Shown: piece after piece, positions 8,528 to 17,827 of the stretch
How positions within the stretch are numbered: the stretch's first letter is position 1
Layout of the letters: the number at the start of each line of letters is the position of its first letter
Translations under genes and position numbers: made by a program
Origin: Promethearchaeota archaeon
GTDB lineage: Archaea; Asgardarchaeota; Lokiarchaeia; Sigyniarchaeales; SOKP01
Length of the DNA stretch: 41,561 nucleotides
NCBI GenBank assembly: GCA_048938895.1
Contig: JBHLLU010000014.1
Coordinates: 45,390-86,950, forward strand
Reading direction: 5' to 3'
The notes under the pieces: model-generated
The model's input: only the letters and a program-made list of their open reading frames with translations
Told to the model about the DNA's origin: nothing
The model's database searches: none

Positions 8528-10191
8528 AATTAAAACCATTAAAGAAAAAAAGTTTAAAATTAGTGTTGATAGAAAGTGAATTTCCGATAGATTGGTGGTT
8601 TGAAACAACGGCACAGAAAAAGCATGATTTAGTTTGGAATCTAAATCTAATTTCGAGGGAGTATCTTAATCTACTTGAAGAACTTATAGAAAATTATAAA
8701 CCAAATTTCGCAGTAGAGGAGAAGGGGAGTCGTTGGGAGGATACAATATCTCATGAAGATCCTATTGAAATATTATTTCAAGAACACGGGATTCCATACA
8801 AAATGGTTGATATTTCAGAAAACGCAGAATATTATCTTTCTTCAAATTTAGAAGACCTAAGAAATTTTATAAAACAATTGACAAAATCAATCAAGGATTC
8901 GCAGAAGATTGAAAAAAGTAAAGACGATTATATGTTTCTACGGCAAGTTCTATGGAAAGAATATCTACAACAAGAATATGACACACAAGAAGATGAAATA
9001 AGATATAAAGTTCGAGAAGCTTGGATGATGATGGGTATTCTTAAAATTGCAAAAAAATTGGTAGATAAAAAGCTGACAGCATTCTTTATCTGCGACTCTA
9101 AACATTTCAATGGTATAACTCAATTAGCAGAAGAATTAGCTATTGAAATTGAAGAAATTAAAGTTAAACGATTTGTTAAGGTTATAAATAATCCTGGTTC
9201 TGAGTCAGTTGAGAATATAATTAAGAAATCTTTACTCGAATTGACTCCAATTAAAGTAAAAAAGAAGGAGTCACTAGAAAAAATATGTTATTTCTTTGAC
9301 ACAGATGATAATGCGTCTCCTTTCGATATAAATATGGCATATGATGCAGGATTTGATGTAGTCATTCCTATTAGTAAGATGACTGCTGATCAAGTTCCAA
9401 AACTTGTCCAAGATGCAATTTTTTCTAGAAAGCCAAAAGCTCCCACGACATTTTTTATAGGTGGTTCAAATGTTAAAGAAGGAGAGAAAATTGCTAAAAA
9501 AGTAATGGAATCGCTAGTACCTCCTTTTGAATGCCCTGTAATAATTGATCCACGTGGATCTCATACTACTGCTTCTTCTATAGTTGCAAAAACTATAGAA
9601 ATCATAGAGAAAAATAATTTGTACGATATAAAAGGGAAAAAAGTAGTTATCTTTGGAGCTGGTCCAGTTGGAAGAATTGCAGCAATATTAGCTGCAAAAT
9701 TACAATGTAAAACTTATTTAGTTGAAACATGGGAAAAATCAAGTGAAAATTTCATTAAAAACCTAGCAAAAGAATTAATGAAAGAAGTTGGAGCAAAAAG
9801 TAATGAAATTATTGGTGTTTTTGCACCAGATGATGAAAAGAAATTGGAAATAATATTAGATGCAGATATTATTTGGACTCTAGCTGCTGCGGGTGTACAA
9901 ATCTTATCAAAAGAATTACTACTTAAAGTCCAAAATAAAATTTTAATCGATATTAATCTAGTCCCTCCTTACGGAATTGAAGGTTTAAAACCAAAAGATG
10001 ATTATAAAGAGATATATCCAAGTTTATTCGGAATTGGTGCATTAGCTTTAGGACGTTTAAAATCTAATATTGAAGCAAATATACTTAAAGAAGCATCAAT
10101 CACTAAAGGAAAAAAAGTTTTTGATTATAATCATGCATTTGAACAAGCAAATAAAATATTATTTGGGCATGAAATAAAAATTTCAACCTAA
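8515..10191 (+). CDS. TraB-like N-terminal domain fused to NAD(P)-dependent methylene-H4MPT/H4F dehydrogenase (MtdA/MtdB family)
   Basis: C-terminal half has DTD..ASPFDINMAYDAG, DAIFSR, DPRGSHTTA, Rossmann GAGPVG, AAAGVQIL, DINLVPPYGIEG and GIGALALG. Confidence 0.8.
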   Translation: MEVLELKPLKKKSLKLVLIESEFPIDWWFETTAQKKHDLVWNLNLISREYLNLLEELIENYKPNFAVEEKGSRWEDTISHEDPIEILFQEHGIPYKMVDISENAEYYLSSNLEDLRNFIKQLTKSIKDSQKIEKSKDDYMFLRQVLWKEYLQQEYDTQEDEIRYKVREAWMMMGILKIAKKLVDKKLTAFFICDSKHFNGITQLAEELAIEIEEIKVKRFVKVINNPGSESVENIIKKSLLELTPIKVKKKESLEKICYFFDTDDNASPFDINMAYDAGFDVVIPISKMTADQVPKLVQDAIFSRKPKAPTTFFIGGSNVKEGEKIAKKVMESLVPPFECPVIIDPRGSHTTASSIVAKTIEIIEKNNLYDIKGKKVVIFGAGPVGRIAAILAAKLQCKTYLVETWEKSSENFIKNLAKELMKEVGAKSNEIIGVFAPDDEKKLEIILDADIIWTLAAAGVQILSKELLLKVQNKILIDINLVPPYGIEGLKPKDDYKEIYPSLFGIGALALGRLKSNIEANILKEASITKGKKVFDYNHAFEQANKILFGHEIKIST

Positions 10192-10575
10192 TTTCGTTTT
10201 ATTTTTTTCATTTTTATTATCAATTCTGATAAATTGATTTTTTAACCATCAAAACGCCCTCAATTAATCAAGAGTTTAATGCATAGCACAATAATTATTT
10301 ACACCCCATTAAGGGTGCATTCTGGTTCAGAATTTATCAACCTTGGTATAATTTCATAAAATGTTTTGTTGAAAATGATAAATTAATTTCTAAATTCGCA
10401 ATAATGATTATATTAATACAAACATATGGATGAACGATATAGAAAAGTTTATATATAGAAAATAAACATATAGTTATTGAAACGAATAATTCTTATATAA
10501 TGCTACCAAAACCAACATTTTAAAAAAGAGGTCAGATCAACCATTATTTTTTATCATTCGATCCAAATTTTTATA

Positions 10576-11115
10576 ATGTATTGTGATGAAAGCAGAGGTA
10601 TTATTCCTCTTTTAATTTTTCCAGATGAATATATTAAAAATTCTGAACGATTAATGCGACCAATCAATTTTCACCCAATTTGGTTTCTAGATTCAGCAGG
10701 AGAAAGATGCAGTGAAAACATACATCTAATTTATAAGGGGAATATTTATTCTGCTAAAAAATTTCAGATTTTTTTGGATATGAAAAAGAGAGATTTAGAA
10801 AGAAAAGCATCACCTTTCAATATGATTGCTATTATTATGGTATTTCCTAAAGAATTAAATTATCACAAGAAATTTTTTTCAAAAATGATCTTAGATCCAA
10901 TTAAAAAAGATTTTAGAGATTATTTTCCTAAAATCATTAAATCAGAAACTATAAAAGAAGATTTAGTTAAGATCCCACGAAATGAAAGATTTATCAAAGA
11001 AGGAGATCTTTTGAAAGAAAATATTAAACAATTTTTAAAAACCATATTGAAAAATCATTTTTCCTCTATGAAATATGATTATGAAAAAGAAGATACAGTA
11101 AATCTAACTTGCTGA
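10576..11115 (+). CDS. Hypothetical protein, possibly longin/uDENN-like
   Basis: Long ORF; N-terminal (F/Y)xDExxGxxPxxxFP pattern. Frame is open upstream to 10501 without an ATG. Confidence 0.5.
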   Translation: MYCDESRGIIPLLIFPDEYIKNSERLMRPINFHPIWFLDSAGERCSENIHLIYKGNIYSAKKFQIFLDMKKRDLERKASPFNMIAIIMVFPKELNYHKKFFSKMILDPIKKDFRDYFPKIIKSETIKEDLVKIPRNERFIKEGDLLKENIKQFLKTILKNHFSSMKYDYEKEDTVNLTC

Positions 11116-11486
11116 AACAGAAATTATAATAATCTCTGGATCTCTTTAACAAATTGTAGCAAAAATTAGCAACTTGAGCTATATTATATTTTTTTGAATT
11201 ATAAATGTATTTTAATCTATTACTAATTTTAATCCTACTCTATTTACTGCTGTTAAATTTTAAAATGTTATTAAGCACCCCTATTTAGTTTGTTGAAGAT
11301 GATTCTTTTAAATGTCATTTCTATGGATAGCTTTCGCTATTTTAATTAAAAATGGAATAATGTTCAATAGATTTATAAATTGTAAATAACATATATAAAA
11401 TAGGAACAGATTCTATATCCCATAAGATTGTATTTATATCAAATGAACAGTATTCGAAAGACTTTATTTATATAAAAATAAGGAAG

Positions 11487-12815
11487 GTGTGTTTGATTTA
11501 TAAAAAAGTTTACGTTTCTATTAATGATATTGAAGATTCTGGACTCGTAAAGAAACATATATCAAAAAAAGTGAATCCCTTCGAAATGGCAAAAACACAG
11601 ATTGATATTGTTTCTGAAAAGATGCATTTAAATGATAACATAAGAGAATATCTTAAAAAAGTGGAACGCTGTTTAATTGTATCAATCCCTATTATGATGG
11701 ACGATGGAAACCTCAAAATATTCGAAGGTTACAGAGTTCATCACTCAACTGTTCGAGGTCCAGGAAAAGGAGGTATAAGATTTGACCCAAATGTTAATTT
11801 AAACGAAATAAAAGCCTTAGCTACTTGGATGACATGGAAATGTAGCTTGTTAAACTTACCTCTTGGAGGTGCAAAGGGAGGAATATGTATTGATCCTCAG
11901 GAATTATCAAGAGGTGAATTAGAACGATTAACTAGGAGATATACTTCTGAAATTATAAATTTTATTGGTCCCGATATAGATATTCCTGCCCCAGATATGA
12001 ACACTAATGCCCAAATAATGGCTTGGATTATGGACACATATTCAATGAATAAAGGTAGAGCGATCCCGGGAGTGGTCACAGGAAAACCAATTGAAATAGG
12101 GGGTTCAGTTGGAAGAGAATCAGCAACAGGTTGGGGTTTATTTTTTATTCTTGATGCATTATGTAAAAAGCTCAATTTTGATTTAAAATCATCAAAAGTT
12201 GTTATACAGGGGACTGGTAACGTTGGGGGCACTATTGCTGAAATATTATTTGAGAAAGATGTTAAAATAATTGCAATTTCAGACATTACAGGGGGTTTTT
12301 ATGACGAAAAAGGCTTAGATATAAAAGAAATTTTAGAATGGAGAGATAAAAAGAAATTTTTAAAAGATTTTAAAAAAAAGAAATACAAATTCATTTCAAA
12401 TTCACAGCTTCTTGAAATTGAGTGTGATATATTAATCCCTGCAGCAACAGAAAATCAAATCACATCCTTAAATGCTGAAAATCTAGTATGTAATATTATT
12501 TTAGAGGGTGCTAATGGCCCAACTACTCCAGAAGCTGATGAAATCTTGAATGAAAGAGGAATAATTGTTGTTCCAGATATTCTTGCTAATTCGGGAGGAG
12601 TTTGTGTCTCATATTTTGAATATATTCAGGATATTCATAGTTATTTTTGGGATATAAGTAGGATAAATCAAGAATTGAAAAAAATTTTAGTTCAGACTTT
12701 TGACGATGTTTATAGTTTATCAGAAAAAAAGGGAGTATCACTACGTATTGCCGCGTATATGATTGCGATTTCGAGGTTAGTAAAGGCAATCGAATATAGA
12801 GGGATTTTTCCATAA
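11487..12815 (+). CDS. gdhA: Glutamate dehydrogenase (Glu/Leu/Phe/Val family)
   Basis: RGPGKGGIRF, MTWKC, GGAKGG, DIPAPD, VVTGKP, IQGTGNVG, EGANGP, PDILANSGGV. Confidence 0.93.
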   Translation: MCLIYKKVYVSINDIEDSGLVKKHISKKVNPFEMAKTQIDIVSEKMHLNDNIREYLKKVERCLIVSIPIMMDDGNLKIFEGYRVHHSTVRGPGKGGIRFDPNVNLNEIKALATWMTWKCSLLNLPLGGAKGGICIDPQELSRGELERLTRRYTSEIINFIGPDIDIPAPDMNTNAQIMAWIMDTYSMNKGRAIPGVVTGKPIEIGGSVGRESATGWGLFFILDALCKKLNFDLKSSKVVIQGTGNVGGTIAEILFEKDVKIIAISDITGGFYDEKGLDIKEILEWRDKKKFLKDFKKKKYKFISNSQLLEIECDILIPAATENQITSLNAENLVCNIILEGANGPTTPEADEILNERGIIVVPDILANSGGVCVSYFEYIQDIHSYFWDISRINQELKKILVQTFDDVYSLSEKKGVSLRIAAYMIAISRLVKAIEYRGIFP

Positions 12816-12843
12816 GATCTAATTAATTAATTTAAAAGTGTTT

Positions 12844-12862
12844 TGCTCGCATGATGCGAGCA
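12844..12862. terminator. GC-rich perfect inverted repeat between convergent genes (terminator-like or REP-like)
   Basis: TGCTCGCAT-G-ATGCGAGCA, preceded by a T-run. Confidence 0.4.
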
Positions 12863-12896
12863 GATGTTAGGGAGTAAAAACTAGCCTGGAAAATCC

Positions 12897-13796
12897 TCAA
12901 ATTTTAAAGTTTATTTTATGAGTCATTTTAAAAATATCAATAAAACTTGATACATCCATTGAAGATTGAATACCTTCAATTACCTTAATTTTTTCATTGA
13001 TAAACCTCCAAAGATCTTTTTCGTTTTTTGCTAGAATTCGTAATATCATATTATGATCACCCGTCGAAGTAGCGACTAGTTGAACTTCATCAAAAATTGT
13101 TAACTTTTGAGCAACTTCCTCTAATTTTAAAGGATCAACAGAAAGGCCAAGAATAGCAATGGATTCATAACCTGCTTTAAATGGGTCTATGAGTGTATCA
13201 AATTTACGTATGATTCCATTTTTCAACATATTTTGCACTCGGTTATGAATTGTACTAGCTGCTAGATTTACTTTTTCACTTAATTCTTTGTAAGATATTC
13301 TATAATTTTCTTGTAATATATTAAGGATTTCCTTATCTTTTTCATCAAATTGGACTTTTTGAAATACTTTTTTTACTTTTTCACCTTCAGTTTTATGTCT
13401 CTCAATACTATACAAGATTGAACGTGTCAGATTGATATTATTAAGTTCATTCTTTATTAAATAGTCTTGAGCACCTTTTTGGAGAGATTCTAAAGCAAAA
13501 TCTTTATCATCTAATCCTGTTAAGATTATAATAGGAATTTCTTTAGTGAAGTTTAAAACTTTCTCTAATGTGGATTCTCTATCACTATCAGGGAGAGTTA
13601 AATCTAATAAAATAATATCATAATTATTATTTTTAATACTATCTAAACTTTCAGAAAGCCGAGAAAATGAATCTAATTTATAATTTAACTTATCTGTTTT
13701 ATTTAGAAATTCTTCAATTAAACGAATATCAGCAGAATTATCCTCAATTAATATTATATTAATTTTTTTATCTTCTATTTTTTTCACCTTATTCAA
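12897..13796 (-). CDS. Response regulator: receiver domain fused to a Lrp/AsnC HTH and RAM ligand-binding domain
   Basis: IILIEDN, ILLDLTLPD, LTG, GAQDYLIK; then DEKDKEILNILQEN.RISYKELSEKVNLAASTIHNRV and STGDHNM. Confidence 0.88.
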   Translation of the reverse strand: MNKVKKIEDKKINIILIEDNSADIRLIEEFLNKTDKLNYKLDSFSRLSESLDSIKNNNYDIILLDLTLPDSDRESTLEKVLNFTKEIPIIILTGLDDKDFALESLQKGAQDYLIKNELNNINLTRSILYSIERHKTEGEKVKKVFQKVQFDEKDKEILNILQENYRISYKELSEKVNLAASTIHNRVQNMLKNGIIRKFDTLIDPFKAGYESIAILGLSVDPLKLEEVAQKLTIFDEVQLVATSTGDHNMILRILAKNEKDLWRFINEKIKVIEGIQSSMDVSSFIDIFKMTHKINFKI

Positions 13797-14126
13797 TTAT
13801 TCTTTCTAAGAAATGTTCTTTATACTGAATAATATTCATTTTCATATATAATTGTTTTATCATTGATTATCATAATTTCAATAATTATATTTTAAACATT
13901 ATGTTGAAAGAACTAATCTTTTATAGAAATTTTAGATTATCAATATCAGTTTAGTACAACTAAATACATATACTATGTTTATTCGATAAAAATTAAATAG
14001 TAAAGAAAGACATTCTTAAAAATTAAATATTATATATATGATATTTAAGTATATGATAACACAATTCAGGTTTGGTTCTTTATTAAAAAATAATCCCTTT
14101 ACGATAAAATTTGAGAAGAGTTTAAA

Positions 14127-15200
14127 ATGATTTTAAAATTTAAGGAAGAAAAAATGCGGATATTAACAATATTTGTTTTAATCTTAATTTCATGTTTCTT
14201 AATATATTACTTCGAAGTAATTCTCGGAACTACGATCTTAGTAGCTCATTTTTTTTATTTTCCTTCGATATTATCATGTTTATGGTGGAAAAGAAAAGGT
14301 TTGATAATCCCTGGTTTTCTGACAGCAGTATTAATAGTACTACACTTATTCTTGTATAATGATTTTTTAAGTCCCGATTCAATTAATAATTACTTAAGAG
14401 GTACTTCATTAATAATTGTCAGTACAGTAGTATCATTGCTATCTGAGCAAATAACAAAAAAAGAAGTTGAATACAATGAAATAGTGTTAGATTTAAAACG
14501 TTCCAATGAAGATTTACAGCAATTTGCTTATGTAGCATCTCATGATTTACAAGAACCGTTACGTGCAATTGTAAGTTTTTCCCAACTTCTCGAAGACAAA
14601 TATAAGGATAAATTAGATGAGGATGGCAAAGATTTTATTCAATTTATCACAGATGGAGCAAAAAATATGAATATTCTCATAAAAGATTTGTTATCTTATT
14701 CAAGGATCACCACTCATGCCAGACCTTTGGAAATGAGCAACCTTGAAAATATTTTGAAAGATGCTCTGTTTAATTTGCAAGAATCAATAAAAGAAAGCAA
14801 TGCTACAATATCTTATGACGACATGCCTACTTTAAATGTTGATAAAACCCAATTTATGCAGTTATTTCAAAATCTAATTAGTAATTCTATAAAATTTCGA
14901 AGAAAAGAACCACCTAGAATTCATATAGGCGTAGAGGAGAGTATCGACAAGTGGACTTTTTCAATTAGAGATAATGGTATAGGTATTGAATCAAAATATT
15001 TTGATCGTCTCTTCAATATCTTTTATCGTTTACACACTAAAGAAGAATATCCTGGTACAGGAATTGGTTTACCAATCTGTAAGAAGATTGTTCAGAGATA
15101 TAGTGGAGAAATTTGGGTAGAATCAGAATTTGGTAAAGGTTCTATTTTTTCTTTCACAATTCCAAAAAAAAGACCTAAAAATAGCTTGTTTAAAGAGTAA
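14127..15200 (+). CDS. Membrane-bound sensor histidine kinase (bacteriophytochrome-type kinase core)
   Basis: Hydrophobic N-terminal helices; H-box FAYVASHDLQEPLR, N-box QLFQNLISNSIKF, DNGIGI, GTGIGL, GKGSIF. Confidence 0.9.
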   Translation: MILKFKEEKMRILTIFVLILISCFLIYYFEVILGTTILVAHFFYFPSILSCLWWKRKGLIIPGFLTAVLIVLHLFLYNDFLSPDSINNYLRGTSLIIVSTVVSLLSEQITKKEVEYNEIVLDLKRSNEDLQQFAYVASHDLQEPLRAIVSFSQLLEDKYKDKLDEDGKDFIQFITDGAKNMNILIKDLLSYSRITTHARPLEMSNLENILKDALFNLQESIKESNATISYDDMPTLNVDKTQFMQLFQNLISNSIKFRRKEPPRIHIGVEESIDKWTFSIRDNGIGIESKYFDRLFNIFYRLHTKEEYPGTGIGLPICKKIVQRYSGEIWVESEFGKGSIFSFTIPKKRPKNSLFKE

Positions 15201-15209
15201 TGATCTTTT

Positions 15210-15656
15210 ATGACAACAAAATACAAATTAAATGGAGCGACTCTTTTACTCGTAGAGGATAATGCAGCAGATATTCGTCTTATTAATGAAGTAATTCAAG
15301 AAATCAAAATTGTAAGAAAATTATATGTAGTAAGAGATGGTGTAGAAGCAATTGATTTTTTAAAAAAAAGAGGGAAGTTTTCAAATGCCACATCTCCAGA
15401 TATAATACTTTTAGATTTAAACTTACCAAAGAGAGGTGGTTTTGAGGTTCTAAATGAAATAAAGGAAGATGATAATTTAAAAATAATCCCTGTAGCAATT
15501 TTAACAATTTCCGATGCTGAAGAAGATATAAGGAAGGCATATAATCTTCATGCTAATTGTTATATAATTAAACCATTAGAAATGAACGAATTTAGAAGAA
15601 TTATCAATTCGATAATAAATTTTTGGTTTAAAATCGTACAACTCCCTAATACCTAA
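15210..15656 (+). CDS. Single-domain response regulator (Rcp1-like)
   Basis: LLVEDN, DGVEA, PDIILLDLNLP, AYNLHANCYIIKP. Confidence 0.9.
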   Translation: MTTKYKLNGATLLLVEDNAADIRLINEVIQEIKIVRKLYVVRDGVEAIDFLKKRGKFSNATSPDIILLDLNLPKRGGFEVLNEIKEDDNLKIIPVAILTISDAEEDIRKAYNLHANCYIIKPLEMNEFRRIINSIINFWFKIVQLPNT

Positions 15657-15942
15657 TTAATAATAGGAGTTAAGATTAATACATTTTTAAACTCATTTCA
15701 ACTTTATTCAATTTTTTGAAGTGAAAGGGGTTCATAACATTTTCCAATCTATGATTGATTATACGGGAATCCTTAATTATACCGAATCCTTTTCGATTGA
15801 TTTATATATTATGAATTCTATAATTGTTATTGAATAACTTAGATTATATGAATATTTTAAAAAGATAATTACTGAATATTATTCGGTCTGCAAATAAATC
15901 TATAATAAATTTATATTAGTAAAGTTCCTAATTCAGAAAAAT

Positions 15943-16176
15943 TTGGTGGTTGTTATAGTAAAATGTCCTAATTGTGGTGAAGAATATTCATTAGGGAGGA
16001 AAATTTTCCATGAGTGTGATGGATTTTCAATTCATCATGGTGTTGTATGCCATGGTAGATGTAAAGATTATCAATGGAATTGCAATTCGGAAAAGGTTAC
16101 TAACCAGAAAGGACGATTAATCTTTAACGATTATTTATCAAATGATGAAAAATACATTGAATCATATAAAAGCTAA
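15943..16176 (+). CDS. Small putative zinc-binding protein
   Basis: CPNC, HEC and CHGRC motifs; start codon uncertain. Confidence 0.5.
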   Translation: MVVVIVKCPNCGEEYSLGRKIFHECDGFSIHHGVVCHGRCKDYQWNCNSEKVTNQKGRLIFNDYLSNDEKYIESYKS

Positions 16177-16191
16177 TTTTTTTGCGAAACC

Positions 16192-16983
16192 TTAAAATAT
16201 TAAACCAAAAATTTGCATTAAAGAAAATACTCCTATGCTTAATGCATAAAAAGGTATAAAAAATTTCCAAATCTTATTTGGGAAAACTCTTACTAAATAA
16301 GGGGCAGAAAGGGAGGCAAAAAATCCACCAGTAAATAATGATGGAAGAAGTATAAAATCCAAATCGACCCCAGCATAACTAATTAGAAAAAAGGTCAAAA
16401 TGCCTACAAATGAAACAATTGATTCTGCAAACGATACAATAGCAGTAGCACTTTTTTCATATATTCCTGATAATATTTGTCCCATTGTAATAACGGGTCC
16501 ATATCCTCCTCCCCCAATACCTTTATTAAAACCCGCTAAAACTGAAAAGCCAATCACCCTTTTAAGTTTAATGTTTCTCTGAACCTTTAATTTTAATCTA
16601 ATAAAGCCAAAAATCCCCATAAAAATAACAAGTATCGCAACATAGGTTTTAATAATAAAACTTGGGAATTCAATAGCAAAATATGCAAGGAGAATTGATA
16701 AGAATATCGCAAAACACCCAAAAAATGCCATTATTAATGCAAGTTTTGTCGCATCATTTAGTGGATTGAAAGAATAACGAACATTCTTGAATTCATGATC
16801 AAAAATAGTATCAATAAGTCCTGTTATTGTTTCTGAAATTAAAATTGTTGGAACAACTTGAAGTGGAGTATAACCTAATAAAAATAATAACGGAGCCAAT
16901 GCAGTACCAAAACCCATTCCTGCCATTGAATCCATTGATTCAAATACAAAGGCTAGTAAGATAATATATAATATTAATTCCAT
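16192..16983 (-). CDS. TauE/SafE (TSUP) family sulfur-compound exporter
   Basis: Multi-TM; DSMAGMGFGT..AP and GIGGGGYGP repeats. Confidence 0.85.
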   Translation of the reverse strand: MELILYIILLAFVFESMDSMAGMGFGTALAPLLFLLGYTPLQVVPTILISETITGLIDTIFDHEFKNVRYSFNPLNDATKLALIMAFFGCFAIFLSILLAYFAIEFPSFIIKTYVAILVIFMGIFGFIRLKLKVQRNIKLKRVIGFSVLAGFNKGIGGGGYGPVITMGQILSGIYEKSATAIVSFAESIVSFVGILTFFLISYAGVDLDFILLPSLFTGGFFASLSAPYLVRVFPNKIWKFFIPFYALSIGVFSLMQIFGLIF

Positions 16984-16995
16984 AATTCTATAATC

Positions 16996-17151
16996 TTACA
17001 AGATGAAATAGAACATTATCATAATTAATAAATAAAATGAAATTGCTATCACAATTTTATTTATTGAACACCGTTGTATTTTCATTCTTTCTCTTATTGT
17101 TTTTGTATCTAATTCTTGTGCTTCTTTTCCTATTTCCCATTTTATTGTCAT
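16996..17151 (-). CDS. Small 51-aa protein with C-terminal TM helix (absent from ORF track)
   Basis: MTIKWEIGKEAQELDTKTIRERMKIQRCSINKIVIAISFYLLIMIMFYFIL*, ending 12 nt before the tauE start. Confidence 0.5.
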   Translation of the reverse strand: MTIKWEIGKEAQELDTKTIRERMKIQRCSINKIVIAISFYLLIMIMFYFIL

Positions 17152-17344
17152 AATGATATAATATTTAATTACAATTAATTAGATTTAATTATGTATAATT
17201 AGAAGTAATTAAAACTTTATATTTAAAGATTTCGTTTCTAAAGAGGAAAGGATTTCTACTTCTCTCTAATGGAAATTTAGGTAGAGTGATAAATTAAAAA
17301 TACCTATTTCATATAAAATTCAGTTTTCTGCTATATATACTCAT

Positions 17345-17725
17345 CTATTCTTTAATTAGATGAGAATTAGGATTCTCAAGCAAGGGGATTTCTCCATTAT
17401 TGAACATATCTATACATTCTTTAATATCCACATCTTTATTAAACACTTTAAAAATACGTATGTTTTCTGATGATAAAGCATGATACGCTTTTGAGCCTAT
17501 GAATTTCACCATAACTTCAGAGACATTATTTTCTTTGATTAATTTTGCAATGTATATTCCAAGATTACCAAATGTTTTATTTCTACTTACAGGAATAACT
17601 TTAACAGCAATAATGCTTTTTTCTTCCACAGTAATTATCGTAATACTGTTACACTTGCCAAATCGTATACTTATAGAATCATTCAATCCTCCTTCTCCAT
17701 TTGTGGGTAAAGCAATAACCGGCAT
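17345..17725 (-). CDS. NifB/NifX (FeMo-co-binding domain-like) family protein
   Basis: IALPT, RFGKC, IGSKAY..L...NI. Confidence 0.75.
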   Translation of the reverse strand: MPVIALPTNGEGGLNDSISIRFGKCNSITIITVEEKSIIAVKVIPVSRNKTFGNLGIYIAKLIKENNVSEVMVKFIGSKAYHALSSENIRIFKVFNKDVDIKECIDMFNNGEIPLLENPNSHLIKE

Positions 17726-17827
17726 TTTATCTTTTAAAATAACATCAAATATTTTCTAAGATATATTAATTAAAATGATATTAAAAACTATTGAATTAAT
17801 TATTATATCAGATGATCTAATAATACT

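Noticed and set aside
10302-11281. Hairpins at 10302-10333 and inverted GGGTGC/GCACCC flanking ORF 10576-11115 as possible element ends
   Set aside because: Arms are only 5-6 bp, with no target duplication or transposase.
13950-13964. TTTAG-N5-CTAAA as another DtxR box
   Set aside because: Spacer differs from the feoA site and there is no adjacent metal-related gene.
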